From Candidatus Eiseniibacteriota bacterium (GTDB lineage: Bacteria; Eisenbacteria; RBG-16-71-46; CAZAMP01): DNA of 64,000 nucleotides. The stretch is taken from the NCBI GenBank assembly GCA_965224245.1, contig OZ245046.1, forward strand, positions 5,792,001 to 5,856,000, in the 5' to 3' direction. The notes under the pieces are model-generated. The model saw only the letters and a list, made by a program, of their open reading frames with translations. It was not told the DNA's origin and did not search any database. Positions 51,969 to 61,911 of the stretch are shown one piece after another; position 1 is the stretch's first letter, and each line of letters opens with the position of its first letter. Made by a program: the position numbers and the translations under genes.

Positions 51969-52415
51969 CTACACGTATGCGATTGCGTACGACATCGCGA
52001 ACACGACCAGCGTGAGCACCGCGCCACCGATGAGCACGTTCCCGGGACCCCGTCGCGGCGCGTGTCCATCGCCGGCGTAGACGGCGGGCGTCGCGATCAG
52101 GATCCCGAACGCGACGATCGTGCCCGCGATCTTGCTAATCAGCAGGGGACCGTACGGCGTCATCGGGATCAGCATCACCGACACCAGCGTCGAGCGCAGG
52201 TGGAGCGCGCCGAAGACCGCCGCGGCCAGTAGACCGATCATGGCCACCAGGCGCAGGCGGGCCTCCAGCCGGAACGCGGCGTGGATCGCCTCGGCGGTGT
52301 CGACCGGCAGCGGGCGCCACACGATCAGCGCGAGATGAAGCTGACTGCCGACGACGACGGCGCCCGCGAGCGCGTGGAGCAGCTGGATCAGCTGCGGAAC
52401 GGACGGCAGGAACAC
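51969..52415 (-). CDS. Small four-TM membrane protein (CopD-like appearance)
   Basis: GAGGGG before GTG; four hydrophobic helices; LLHALAG and TPYGPLLISK. Confidence 0.6.
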   Translation of the reverse strand: MFLPSVPQLIQLLHALAGAVVVGSQLHLALIVWRPLPVDTAEAIHAAFRLEARLRLVAMIGLLAAAVFGALHLRSTLVSVMLIPMTPYGPLLISKIAGTIVAFGILIATPAVYAGDGHAPRRGPGNVLIGGAVLTLVVFAMSYAIAYV

Positions 52416-52572
52416 GAAGACCCCTCGGCAATCGGCCGCGCAGCGAGACGGAGGACCCGAATCGAGCGGGTCAGTCTAGGAGAAGTCCCGTGCTTGCGCC
52501 AGCGCGACGCACGGGCCAAGATCGATCCCCCTGCCGGGCTGCACCCCCGACACACGTCTCGGATGAAGGTCA

Positions 52573-53088
52573 ATGCGTCGAACACTCCGGCCTCGATCGA
52601 TCCTCGCCACGCTCCTGGCCGCCGCCGTCGTGGTGATCGTGGCAGAAGTGCTCCTGATCGATCACGTGCGCGTGGCCTCGGGCTCGATGCGCGAGGCGCT
52701 GCTGGTGGGCGACCGAGTCGTGGCGAATACGCTCGTGTTCGGCAGCCGGGTGCCCGGGCTGGGACGGCTGCCGGCGCTCCGATCGCCCCGGCCCGGGGAC
52801 GTGCTGCTGTTTCGCCACCCCGACGAGCCGCACCGCCGGTTCGTGAAGCGATGCGCGGCGGTCGCCGGCGACTGGGTCGAGACGGACGGGCGCCGGGTCG
52901 AGGTGCCGCCGGGCATGCTCTACGTGCTGGGTGACCATCCGGAGTCCTCGTGGGACTCGAGGGACTGGGGCTTCCTGGACCTCGGAAACGTGATCGGGAA
53001 GGTCGAACTCGTGTACTGGTCCCGCCGCCCGGACGCAGGGGCGTTTCGTGGCGCGCGGTGGGAGCGAATCGGTCACCGCGTCCGTTGA
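52573..53088 (+). CDS. lepB: Signal peptidase I (S26)
   Basis: One TM; SGSM, GDVLLF, FVKRC and VLGDH..SWDSRDWG. Confidence 0.88.
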   Translation: MRRTLRPRSILATLLAAAVVVIVAEVLLIDHVRVASGSMREALLVGDRVVANTLVFGSRVPGLGRLPALRSPRPGDVLLFRHPDEPHRRFVKRCAAVAGDWVETDGRRVEVPPGMLYVLGDHPESSWDSRDWGFLDLGNVIGKVELVYWSRRPDAGAFRGARWERIGHRVR

Positions 53089-53134
53089 CGGCTCCGGCGA
53101 GGCGCACGCACCCGGGGAGGATCCGCGCCACGCG

Positions 53135-54541
53135 TCAGCGCGGGACGGTCGTGTCGGAGGGCGTGAGTCGGTCGAACAGCTCGGCGAGCTGGCGCGCCTG
53201 GCTGGGCCGGGAGTAGGCCGCCACGGCCTCGGGGCGCGCGCCGCGCAGCGTTCCCGCGACCCAGCGCTGGTGCAGATCGACCAGCGCCCTGCACATCGCA
53301 TCCACGTCGCCCGGAGCGACGACGGCGCCGGCGTCCAGCGACTCGATCAGACGCGTGGCCTCGCCCGCGGCCGCCAGGGCGAGGATCGGCTTGCCGAGTC
53401 CGAGATACTCGAAGAGCTTCCCGGTCAGGATCCCCGGCGCATGAGGCGTCTGATCGACGACGAGAAGCGCGACGTCGGCGGCGCGCAGCTCGGCGATCGC
53501 GGTCGCGTGGTCCACGTAGCCGACGCGGTCGACGGCGCCCGCCACGGTGCTTCGCGCGATGCGGTCGGCGATCGCGTCATCCACCCGGCCGATCAGGCGG
53601 ACCCGCGTGGCGGCGGCGGCGTGACCGTCGGCCGCGAGGCGCTCGAGGCCGTGGATCAACGTCTCGGGATCTCGGGGACCGTACAGCGTCCCCGAGTACA
53701 CGATCACCGGACCGTCCGCCGCTGGTAGCTCCCCGGGCGCCGGGCCGACTCGAGGGCTCGCGCCGCCCGGATCGGCCAGGTCGGCGGGATCGAACCCGTT
53801 CGGGATCCGGACGAATCGCTCGGACGTGATCGCCGGGTGCCGGGACCGGAGATCCTCGGCGACCCCGTCGGACACCGTGACCACCGCCGTGGCCTCGGCC
53901 AGGACGGCGCCCTCGAGGGTCAGATCCCACCGCCGCGAGAGGCCCGCGCGCGACGGCGCCGACAGCCAGTCCACCCACGAATCCCGGAAGTCGGCCACCC
54001 ACGGCAGACCGGTCCGCCGGTGCAACGTCAGCCCGATCACGTGTGCGGTGTAGGGCGGCGCGGTCGTGTAGATGATGGACGCCCGGGTCTCGCGGAGCAC
54101 GCGGCTGCCCGTGCGCACCGCGAACGGGTACCAGCCGATGCGCGCATCGGGCACGAAGACGGTGGCGCGGATCCACTCGGAGAGGCGTTCGCTCCACGAT
54201 GGATCGGATCGCGTCAGCGACGCCACGTCGAGCGATCCCCGCCGGCCGGTCAGTCGACGGTACACCGCGTACGGCTCGAGGATCCGGGCCTCGTGACGCA
54301 CGACCTCGGGGGGCACCTCGGCCTCGAGGAACGGATCGGTCACCGGGTAGTCCGGGTTGGCCGGAACGACCAGATGCGGCCGCCACCCGTGGGAGGGAAG
54401 ATAACGCGTGAACTTGAGCGTGCGCTGGACGCCCGCCCCTCCGGCCGGCGGATAGTAGTACGCGACCATCAGGACCGGGCGAAGCGACGTGGACTCCTTG
54501 TCGAGTGGCCGGGTCGGCCGTTGGCGCGGCGACGCTAGCAC
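53135..54541 (-). CDS. GT4 (GT-B) glycosyltransferase
   Basis: YYYPPAGGAGVQR, PDARIGW, ADFRDSW, IPNGFD and GKLFEYL. Start uncertain. Confidence 0.88.
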   Translation of the reverse strand: MLASPRQRPTRPLDKESTSLRPVLMVAYYYPPAGGAGVQRTLKFTRYLPSHGWRPHLVVPANPDYPVTDPFLEAEVPPEVVRHEARILEPYAVYRRLTGRRGSLDVASLTRSDPSWSERLSEWIRATVFVPDARIGWYPFAVRTGSRVLRETRASIIYTTAPPYTAHVIGLTLHRRTGLPWVADFRDSWVDWLSAPSRAGLSRRWDLTLEGAVLAEATAVVTVSDGVAEDLRSRHPAITSERFVRIPNGFDPADLADPGGASPRVGPAPGELPAADGPVIVYSGTLYGPRDPETLIHGLERLAADGHAAAATRVRLIGRVDDAIADRIARSTVAGAVDRVGYVDHATAIAELRAADVALLVVDQTPHAPGILTGKLFEYLGLGKPILALAAAGEATRLIESLDAGAVVAPGDVDAMCRALVDLHQRWVAGTLRGARPEAVAAYSRPSQARQLAELFDRLTPSDTTVPR

Positions 54542-54621
54542 GCGGTCGGAGGGCGCTCAACGGTGGCCTGCTCGACACCCCGGATCCGGTGTGCTAGCGT
54601 CACCCGCCGCGGGAGGACCTC

Positions 54622-55173
54622 ATGACCGACGACCGACCAGACGCCTCCGACGACGCTCCGGAGCCGACCCCGGAAGACGAGCGCTCCGACCGGTCCCCCG
54701 ACGTCGACGCCACCGGCGAGCCGGCCGGCACTCGGGCGGACGATCGCCGGAGCGATGCGGACGATCGCCGGAGCGATGCGGACGATCGCCGGAGCGATGC
54801 GGACGATCGCCGGAGCGATGCGGACGACGAGCCCAAGCTGCCCACGCACGTGGCCTGCGCACTCTGCTACATCCTCAGCTTCGCGTCCGGCATCGTCATG
54901 CTGATGCTCGAGCAGGAGGACCGGTCGGTCCGGTTTCACGCATTCCAGTCGATCCTGCTCGGCGCGGTGTGCCTCGTGCTGACGATCGGCGTGGTCGTGC
55001 TGGGGTGGATCCCGCCGCTCGGCTGGCTCCTGGGCGGCATCCTCCGCTGGATCGTGGGCTTTGCGTGGCTGTTCGTCAGCGTCTTCCTGATGCTGAAGGC
55101 GTACAGCGGCGAGGACTACCGCCTGCCGTACCTCGGGTCCCGCGCCAGCCGCCTGGCCAGCCCGCTGGACTGA
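54622..55173 (+). CDS. DUF4870-like membrane protein with acidic repeat N-terminus
   Basis: GGAGG RBS; ALCY, VRFHAFQS and KAYSGEDYRLPYLG. Confidence 0.8.
   Translation: MTDDRPDASDDAPEPTPEDERSDRSPDVDATGEPAGTRADDRRSDADDRRSDADDRRSDADDRRSDADDEPKLPTHVACALCYILSFASGIVMLMLEQEDRSVRFHAFQSILLGAVCLVLTIGVVVLGWIPPLGWLLGGILRWIVGFAWLFVSVFLMLKAYSGEDYRLPYLGSRASRLASPLD
54736..54827 (+). repeat. Perfect 21-bp tandem repeat x4 plus a partial copy (encodes ADDRRSD)
   Basis: GCGGACGATCGCCGGAGCGAT at 54736, 54757, 54778 and 54799. Confidence 0.95.
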
Positions 55174-55264
55174 CCCCCCGGGGTTCCCGATCGCTCATCG
55201 TCTTGGCTACTCTGGTCGATGCTCCCCGTAAACGTGAGACGTTCCAGCGTCGAGGAGGATCGAC

Positions 55265-55531
55265 ATGTCGAGAAGATGGTTGGGGCTCGTCGCGTGTGCC
55301 CTCGTCGTGGTCGCCGGGCTCGGGTACGACGTGGGGTCGCGTGTGGCCGAGGCGCAGCAGATGCGTCTCGAGCGGAGCGGCGTCGAGCCGGTCGGCATCA
55401 CCCAGGTCGGGCGCTACGTGTTCGTCGCGATGAGCAACGGTCAGGTGTATCGGGCCGATGGTGAGGCCACGACGCCCCTGTGGCAGTTCTGGGGTCAGCC
55501 GTTCGCGGATGCCCGACCCGGCTGGAAGTAG
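55265..55531 (+). CDS. Small exported or membrane-anchored hypothetical protein (88 aa)
   Basis: GAGGAGG RBS, N-terminal hydrophobic helix, short beta-rich body. Confidence 0.7.
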   Translation: MSRRWLGLVACALVVVAGLGYDVGSRVAEAQQMRLERSGVEPVGITQVGRYVFVAMSNGQVYRADGEATTPLWQFWGQPFADARPGWK

Positions 55532-55639
55532 CCGCCGGGGAGTCGCGGGCACCGGGCGCCGCCGCGCGTGCGGCGCCGGCCGCCCGGTCGTCGAGCCGCG
55601 CCGGACAACGCGACAAAGCAACGGCGAGATCGCCGGACA

Positions 55640-55677
55640 AAGCAACGGCGAGACCGGGAGGGCACCGGTCTCGCCGT
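55640..55677 (-). terminator. Hairpin, probable intrinsic terminator on the minus strand
   Basis: 13-bp perfect stem ACGGCGAGACCGG/CCGGTCTCGCCGT with a 7-nt loop, followed by TGCTTTGT on the minus strand. Confidence 0.6.
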
Positions 55678-55786
55678 CAGGAGGCATCCTCCGCACGAAG
55701 TGCGTCGGTGTGGTTGCCTGCATATACCCGTCTCGTGGAGCCGGGTTCCAGAAAGTCGACGCCGCCGGTCCACCGGGTGGCGCGGG

Positions 55787-57211
55787 TCAGTCCAGATAGC
55801 CCAGCGAGCGCAGCAGCTCGCGATACGCCTCGTCGTCACCGGAGCTGACGGGGAGCGCATCCTCCGGCGATGCCTCGAGCCGGTAGGGAGGGGCGGTCAC
55901 GGCCGGGCGCCGGACGAACCCCGGCTCGAACAGCCCGGTCAGCACGTCGCCCTGGAGGTCCTCGCCGATCGGCTCGCCCATGGCGTAGAGCAGCGTGGGG
56001 ACGACGTCGTAGACGCTGCCGTCGACCTCGGCTCCCGGCGCCACGCCATAGCCCCACGCGGCCAGGATCCCCTCCAGCCGATGCCAGTGCGGGTTCGCGG
56101 CGTGGAGCCCGTCCCCGATGTGGAGCTTCTCCCCGGATTCGTTTTCCCCGTACCCGTGGTCGGACACGATCACGATCGTCGTGCTGTCGTCGGCCATCGC
56201 GATCAGCTCGGCGAGCGTGTCGTCCACGAACCGGAACGCGCGTTCGAAGTTCTCGCCGACGTACTGCGCGAAGTCGGGGGGCATGTTCTTGGGCGGGTCG
56301 GTCCAGCGCGTGGGCTCGCCGAAGCGCGCCCAGCGCGAGTAGCGCCAGCTGTCCCAGAAGTAATGCGCCATCACGTCGGGAAGCTCGAGGTAGAGCGTGA
56401 AGAAGTCCGGCCGTACCGACGGCACGAGCCGACGGGCCATGCGCACGAAGGTGAGGTCCTTGGCGTACACGTCGGCCACGGACGGACCGCGGTTGTCGAC
56501 GGTCCCCAGCGGACCCGACACGTCGACGCGCGTGGCCTCGGCGACCGATCCCCGGCTCAGGTCACGCCGCGTGACGATCTCCGACGCGATGCCGTCGTAG
56601 AGGGTCTCCGGGTAGGTTCGACGGTCGAGCTCGGGGACCTCGTGCGACGTCACCGGCATGCCGTGCTCGCTGAACGTGATCGGCCACGTGCGCTCGGAGA
56701 CGAGGAATCCATCGACCGGGGTGGCAGGCCACGTCGTCCACCAGCCGATCACCCCCACGGTCCGGTTCCGGGATGAGAGCATGTCCCACAGCCTCGGAGC
56801 GCGGACGAGGTTGCTCGTGACGGGGATGGGCTTGCCGTCCACCGGAACCGTGAAGCTCTGGATCCCGTGGACCTCCGGAGGCTGACCGGTCGAGACCGTG
56901 GCCCAGACGACGGGTGAGAAGATGGGCTCGATGGTCCGCAGCGTCCCGTGGGCGCCTTCGCGGAGCACGCGCTCCCAGGTGGGCAGTGCCCCGTCGGCGA
57001 TCAGGAGATCGATCACGGTCCAGTCCGCGCCGTCGACCGCCAGCAGCATCACGCGCGGGGCCGGCGGCACGGGCGGAGTGCGATCGCAGGATCCCAGCAG
57101 GGTCGAGAACGCCAGGGGCGCGAGCGTCGCGAGCGCGCGCCGGGCCGTGGCGCGTCGCCTCGCGCGCCGGCGCACGTCGGGGACGCTCGGTGACGGCAGC
57201 GTGAACGTCAT
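55787..57211 (-). CDS. AlkP-superfamily phosphodiesterase/phosphohydrolase, probable lipoprotein
   Basis: LLGSC lipobox-like; LLAVDGADW, SPVVWATVSTG, VSDHGY and DVVPTLL; C-terminal LRSLGYL. Confidence 0.82.
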   Translation of the reverse strand: MTFTLPSPSVPDVRRRARRRATARRALATLAPLAFSTLLGSCDRTPPVPPAPRVMLLAVDGADWTVIDLLIADGALPTWERVLREGAHGTLRTIEPIFSPVVWATVSTGQPPEVHGIQSFTVPVDGKPIPVTSNLVRAPRLWDMLSSRNRTVGVIGWWTTWPATPVDGFLVSERTWPITFSEHGMPVTSHEVPELDRRTYPETLYDGIASEIVTRRDLSRGSVAEATRVDVSGPLGTVDNRGPSVADVYAKDLTFVRMARRLVPSVRPDFFTLYLELPDVMAHYFWDSWRYSRWARFGEPTRWTDPPKNMPPDFAQYVGENFERAFRFVDDTLAELIAMADDSTTIVIVSDHGYGENESGEKLHIGDGLHAANPHWHRLEGILAAWGYGVAPGAEVDGSVYDVVPTLLYAMGEPIGEDLQGDVLTGLFEPGFVRRPAVTAPPYRLEASPEDALPVSSGDDEAYRELLRSLGYLD

Positions 57212-57425
57212 GCAGGGCGGTCCTCGATGAGTCGCTCAGGGGTCGGGTGGCCGTGTCAGCGTACGGGGACGATGCGGATCGGGTCAAATCCCCGGCGCCG
57301 CCCGACGGCGGGGCTCGTCGTTGGCGCGTGTCCGGGGGTTGGGTACACTCCGCCGGCCTCGACCAGCCTCACGCCGGGTCCCACCGGTTCACGGCGCGAC
57401 GAGTGGCACCGAAACGGAGTCGACC

Positions 57426-57980
57426 ATGATCCCGCAGAGGATGTTCCTGACCAAGGGCGTCGGCCGTCACAAGGAGAAGCTCCAGTCGTTCGAGCTGGCC
57501 CTTCGCGACGCCGGCATCGCCCACGTCAACCTCGTGCGCGTCTCCAGCATATTCCCGCCCGGCTGCAAGATCGTGCCCAGGGCGCGCAAGTCCGAGCTCG
57601 AGCCCGGCGAGATCGTGTTCGCGGTCATGAGCGAGGCTCAGACCGACGAGCGGAACCGACTCCTGGCCGCCAGTATCGGGCTGGCGCGGCCCAGCGATGC
57701 CGAGCGGCACGGCTACCTGTCCGAACACCACGCGTTCGGTCAGACCGAGCGCGTGGCCGGGGACTATGCCGAGGACCTCGCCGCGAGCATGCTCGCCTCC
57801 ACGCTCGGCATCGACTTCGATGCCGACGAGGGCTGGGATCACCGCAAGCAGGTCTTCCACATGGCCAACGAGATCGTGAAGACACGATCGGTCACGCAGT
57901 CGGCCGAGGGTCGCCACGGGGTCTGGACCACGGTGATCGCCGCCGCGATCTTCCTGCCGAAGCACCTCCGACACCACTGA
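57426..57980 (+). CDS. pdaD: Pyruvoyl-dependent arginine decarboxylase
   Basis: SFELALRDAGI, NLVRVSSIFP (Ser-Ser self-cleavage site), GYLSEHH and WTTVIAAA. Confidence 0.9.
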   Translation: MIPQRMFLTKGVGRHKEKLQSFELALRDAGIAHVNLVRVSSIFPPGCKIVPRARKSELEPGEIVFAVMSEAQTDERNRLLAASIGLARPSDAERHGYLSEHHAFGQTERVAGDYAEDLAASMLASTLGIDFDADEGWDHRKQVFHMANEIVKTRSVTQSAEGRHGVWTTVIAAAIFLPKHLRHH

Positions 57981-58044
57981 GCCACGTACGCGAGCGACCC
58001 CGGAGAGGATCGCCCTCGGGCGCGGGCGTCGACGCCGGCAGCGG

Positions 58045-58767
58045 TCAGATCGACGCCACGCCGAGCGACACCACGTCGTCGACGGCGATCGGCTCCAGGG
58101 TCACGAACGGCTCGCCGTACGGTACCTGGATCAGCGAGCCGTAGTGTGCCGCCCGCAGCTCGACGCTGGCGTAGAAGTCCCGTCCGGTCGGGAACAGCTC
58201 TCCGCCCTGGTCGCGGCCGTCGAACTGGGTGCCGTAGGCGCGGATCGCATCCATCTTCTTTCCGAGGGTGTCCGTGACGTCCACGACGAAGCTGGGGTGG
58301 GAGTCGTGATCCCGGTACGCCGACGCGTAGAGCAGCTTCCGGGGCTTGTGCGGCTCGGCGTCCGACATCGCGAAGCGCCTGAGGCCGGCCAGGAACGCCG
58401 CGCTCCTGCCGAGCGCGGAGGCGGCGCCGTGATCGGGATGCCGGCCGGCGGGGTACGGGAGGATGATCGTCGCCGGCCGAAGCCGGCGGATGACCTCCGC
58501 CAGCGCCTCTCGCTGGGCGTCCACGTCGGCCAGGCCGGCATCGGGCAGTCCCAGGTTCTCCCGGTGGGTCAGGCCGAGGATCCCGGCCGCCTCGGCGGCC
58601 TCACGCGCCCGCTCGTCGACGCTCCCGCGCGAGGCCATCTCGCCGCGGGTCAGGTCACAGACGCCGACCCGGTACCCGCGCTCGGCCATGCGGGCCAGGG
58701 TGCCTCCGGCCAGAAGCTCCGCGTCGTCGGGATGGGGCATCACGGCCAGGAGGTCGATGGCTTCCAC
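58045..58767 (-). CDS. bshB1: PIG-L family deacetylase, BshB1-like (bacillithiol biosynthesis)
   Basis: HPDDAEL, DLTRGEMASRG, RHPDH, A.FLAGL, PSFVVDV and YGEPF. Confidence 0.8.
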   Translation of the reverse strand: MEAIDLLAVMPHPDDAELLAGGTLARMAERGYRVGVCDLTRGEMASRGSVDERAREAAEAAGILGLTHRENLGLPDAGLADVDAQREALAEVIRRLRPATIILPYPAGRHPDHGAASALGRSAAFLAGLRRFAMSDAEPHKPRKLLYASAYRDHDSHPSFVVDVTDTLGKKMDAIRAYGTQFDGRDQGGELFPTGRDFYASVELRAAHYGSLIQVPYGEPFVTLEPIAVDDVVSLGVASI

Positions 58768-59006
58768 GGGGGCGCTCCTTCACGGCGGCGGAACGGGGCG
58801 TGACGGGACGCCGGCGATGATATCCCGCCTCGGGGGGTGCGCCGACCGCGAAAACGCGCGATCATGCCCGCGCTTCGGTTCACCGATCCGAGCCTTCGGG
58901 CGCGTGGCCGACCCGCGAGGGCGTCGCGTCGCCAGAGTCCGCCGGAACCCCGATCGGGGCCACGGGTGGTAACGACACTCCGGATGCACGAGCGCACGAG
59001 GCGCGT

Positions 59007-61040
59007 TTGGCCGATGTAGCGAAGAGGGTTCTCCGTGCGGGAAGGCGGGTCGACGGCCGGCCGGACACCGCGTGGGGACGGGTCGCGCCGAGGGCGGCGT
59101 CGCGGCGGGCCGCCCCGCGGTGGGCCGTGCTGCGCCGCGTCGCGGCGTGCCTCGTGGCGTCGCTCCTGACGGTGGCGCCGGCACTCCTGCCGGACCGGGC
59201 CTCGGCGCAGGCGCTCTCCCGCCCCGACGGCGTCCTGGGGCCGCTCCACCCGGTGTACAACACGTCGTACGACGTGCTCCGGGCGCGCAAGACCTGGAAC
59301 CAGAGCTTCAAGCTGGATCATCGACTCGACTCGCTCCTCGTGAGCACGTCGATCACGTCCAAGATCGAGCGCAACGAGGACCTCTCGGATCTCGAGACGC
59401 GGGTGTCGAGGAGCCGGAGCACGCTCGACTACACGCTGTTCGGCGGGCTCCGGACCGGCGTGCTCCTCGACTTCGATCGAAACCGGCGCACCCAGACCAC
59501 CTCGAATCGCGAGGCCACGACCAACACGTATCAGCTCACCGCGGGGGTCACGCGCCGCGTCGCCGGGCTCCGCGTGGCCGCCAACGGCCGGGCCGGCTAC
59601 ACCGAGCAGGACGCGTCCACGTTCACCACCGGCTTCCGGACCGTTCGCGACGATACGCGCCAGACCGGCCCCGAGATAAACCTGGATCTCAGCGTCACCA
59701 GCGGCGCCGGCGCGACCCGCCGCCCGCTGATCTACGGGCTCGACGCCTCCAGCACCACGTTTCGCCAGACCACCGACAACACGAAGCTGGAATCCCAGTC
59801 CGACGGCACCGAGACCCGCACCGACACGTTCCAGAAGTCCGACAACGTCACGCGCAGCGTGTCGGCGAACGCGACCTGGCGGGGACTCTCCTGGGTCGAG
59901 TCCACGGTGCGCGTCTCGCGATCGACCGCCGACCTCGTGCGCCCCAACGCGACCCTCGGCTCGATCGAGAAGTTCGAGACCCGGGACGACAACGTGACGG
60001 TGGATCTCGAGCTGAAGCCCGTCGACGACCTCGCGATCAGCACGGCGTACAGCATCGCCGATTCCAGGTCGCGATCCGGCCAGGAGGTCCAGAACCGCGA
60101 CCAGTCCCAGGACTCGTTCATCCTCCAGGCCGCCTACCCGCTTCTCGGGTGGGACACGAGCGTGGACTTCACCAGCCGGAGCGACGTGCGCGAGTACTTC
60201 GGCGTGGAAGGCGGGAGCACCACGTCGCTGGAAGACGTGACCACCGACTTCGTGTCGTTGAAGGGCACGCTGCGGCGCCGGCTCTCGGACCGGATCACGC
60301 TCACCTACTCCGGTGAGCTGTCGCTCACCCAGGATTTCTACGAGAAGGGGCTCCTGGACAAGGACAAGCAGAACCGCGTCAACGACGTCAACTTCAGCTA
60401 CGAGCCGTTCGACGCGTTCTCCAGCAGCGTGCGACTCACCGAGGCCCGCACACGCACCGTGAACGTGCACCCCGACCGCTCGGCCAACACCAACACCGAG
60501 CAGCAGGTCTCGGTCGAGGCCACGTACTCGTACGACGCGCGCCGCTTCACCGCCACGCAGAAGATCACCGTCACCGCGAAGTCGCGCGAGTTCGACTTCG
60601 ACGACGCGGCGCAGAGCGATCTCACGCGGAACAGCCGTCTGAACACGACCGTCGCCGTGCCGATCTACGGGCGCGCGCGGGTGACGCTCGATCACCGGTA
60701 CAACTTTCGCAATAGCGGGCAGTACACCGACGAGGACGCCGACGGGATCCGCCTCTTCGCGCTCGAGCGCGAGGTCACCGAGCAGGAGCTGACGCTGGCC
60801 ACCGCGTACGCGCCGATCCGAGACCTGACGGTCTCGGGCGAGCAGCGCCTCCGCGTGAACCTGACCGAATCCCCCGACTCCCCGCCACGGCGTTCGACAC
60901 GCTATGATCTCGAGCTGAAGACCACGTTCAAGCGGCGGCTGATGAAGTCGATCGACACCAACCTCGACGTGACGCGGATCATCTCGACCCAGGAGGACTA
61001 CTACTGGAAGGTCCGGGCGAGCGTGAACCACGTGTTCTGA
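59007..61040 (+). CDS. Large outer-membrane beta-barrel hypothetical protein
   Basis: Hydrophobic signal ending ASA-Q, continuous alternating beta-strand pattern, C-terminal YWKVRASVNHVF (terminal Phe). True start is probably downstream of 59007. Confidence 0.7.
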   Translation: MADVAKRVLRAGRRVDGRPDTAWGRVAPRAASRRAAPRWAVLRRVAACLVASLLTVAPALLPDRASAQALSRPDGVLGPLHPVYNTSYDVLRARKTWNQSFKLDHRLDSLLVSTSITSKIERNEDLSDLETRVSRSRSTLDYTLFGGLRTGVLLDFDRNRRTQTTSNREATTNTYQLTAGVTRRVAGLRVAANGRAGYTEQDASTFTTGFRTVRDDTRQTGPEINLDLSVTSGAGATRRPLIYGLDASSTTFRQTTDNTKLESQSDGTETRTDTFQKSDNVTRSVSANATWRGLSWVESTVRVSRSTADLVRPNATLGSIEKFETRDDNVTVDLELKPVDDLAISTAYSIADSRSRSGQEVQNRDQSQDSFILQAAYPLLGWDTSVDFTSRSDVREYFGVEGGSTTSLEDVTTDFVSLKGTLRRRLSDRITLTYSGELSLTQDFYEKGLLDKDKQNRVNDVNFSYEPFDAFSSSVRLTEARTRTVNVHPDRSANTNTEQQVSVEATYSYDARRFTATQKITVTAKSREFDFDDAAQSDLTRNSRLNTTVAVPIYGRARVTLDHRYNFRNSGQYTDEDADGIRLFALEREVTEQELTLATAYAPIRDLTVSGEQRLRVNLTESPDSPPRRSTRYDLELKTTFKRRLMKSIDTNLDVTRIISTQEDYYWKVRASVNHVF

Positions 61041-61711
61041 TGGAGACCGACGTGACCCACCGGCATCCCGTCGACCGCGGCTCGATCCCGAGGGCGGCGT
61101 CCCGAGGCGCGGCGCCACCGGTGACGCGGCATCGCCTTCCGGCGCTCGCGGCGGCCGCCGTCCTGCTCGCGTTCGCCGGCTGCCCGTTCGACACCCGCGA
61201 GCCGGTGCCGCCGGTGGACGACTCCGAGATTCCCGAGGAGTGCCGGAGTCAGGACGTCCAGGATCCGGTCGAGCTGCTGCGGAGCTTCGAAACGGCGTTC
61301 GAGTGCACCGAGAACGGCGTCACGCTGTTCGCCGGCCTCCATGCCGACGACTTCGTCTTCACCTCTCCGTTTCCCGACGACGACACGTTCGTGAACGGCC
61401 AGCCCATCGATCAGATCTTCAGCCAGCGGCTCTCTCCGCTGGCGGGGCAGTCCGTCATCATGACGATCTCGGAGGCGAGCGGCAGCCAGGTCACCGAGGG
61501 CGACATAACACGCTTCATCAATGTGACTTACACGCTCAAGATCGAGCTCGGGTCGACCGAAGTGGATTTCGGGGGGATCACGACGATCACCGTGCGCGAC
61601 GACGGGACGACCCAGGTCATCACGTCCTGGGAGGACAACGAGGGCGCCTTCGGTCCCGAGACGATCGGTGCGTTCTGGCAGTTCGGAACCGCCGGCCGCG
61701 GCGGCGGGTAA
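61040..61711 (+). CDS. Lipoprotein, NTF2-like appearance
   Basis: LAFAGC lipobox; DPVELLRSFETAF...LHADDFVF; start overlaps the barrel gene stop. Confidence 0.65.
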   Translation: METDVTHRHPVDRGSIPRAASRGAAPPVTRHRLPALAAAAVLLAFAGCPFDTREPVPPVDDSEIPEECRSQDVQDPVELLRSFETAFECTENGVTLFAGLHADDFVFTSPFPDDDTFVNGQPIDQIFSQRLSPLAGQSVIMTISEASGSQVTEGDITRFINVTYTLKIELGSTEVDFGGITTITVRDDGTTQVITSWEDNEGAFGPETIGAFWQFGTAGRGGG

Positions 61712-61911
61712 ACCTGGACGTGGATTCGGCGCATGTCGACCCGTCTGGACGGCGCCGACTTCGAAACGCCCCCTGGCCGGACCGGGTGGCGGCGCTGGGC
61801 TCGACGCTCGGTGGCGGCGCTCAGCCCGTCTGGACATTTTCGAGATGCTCCGCGTAGACTTGATCCAATCCCCGGAGCAACCCGTGACTCCCTCGACGAG
61901 GTCTCTCTGAC

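Noticed and set aside
54469-54499. Possible non-canonical start for the minus-strand GT4 (AAGGAG with no ATG/GTG/TTG at normal spacing)
   Set aside because: An in-frame GTG exists at 54541 and an ATG at 54469; this cannot be resolved from sequence alone.
54736-54827. Possible CRISPR array
   Set aside because: The repeats are head-to-tail with no spacers, lie in frame inside a CDS, and no cas genes are present.
61740-61835. 11-bp direct repeat CCCGTCTGGAC between the two lipoprotein genes
   Set aside because: Too short and GC-rich to distinguish from chance.
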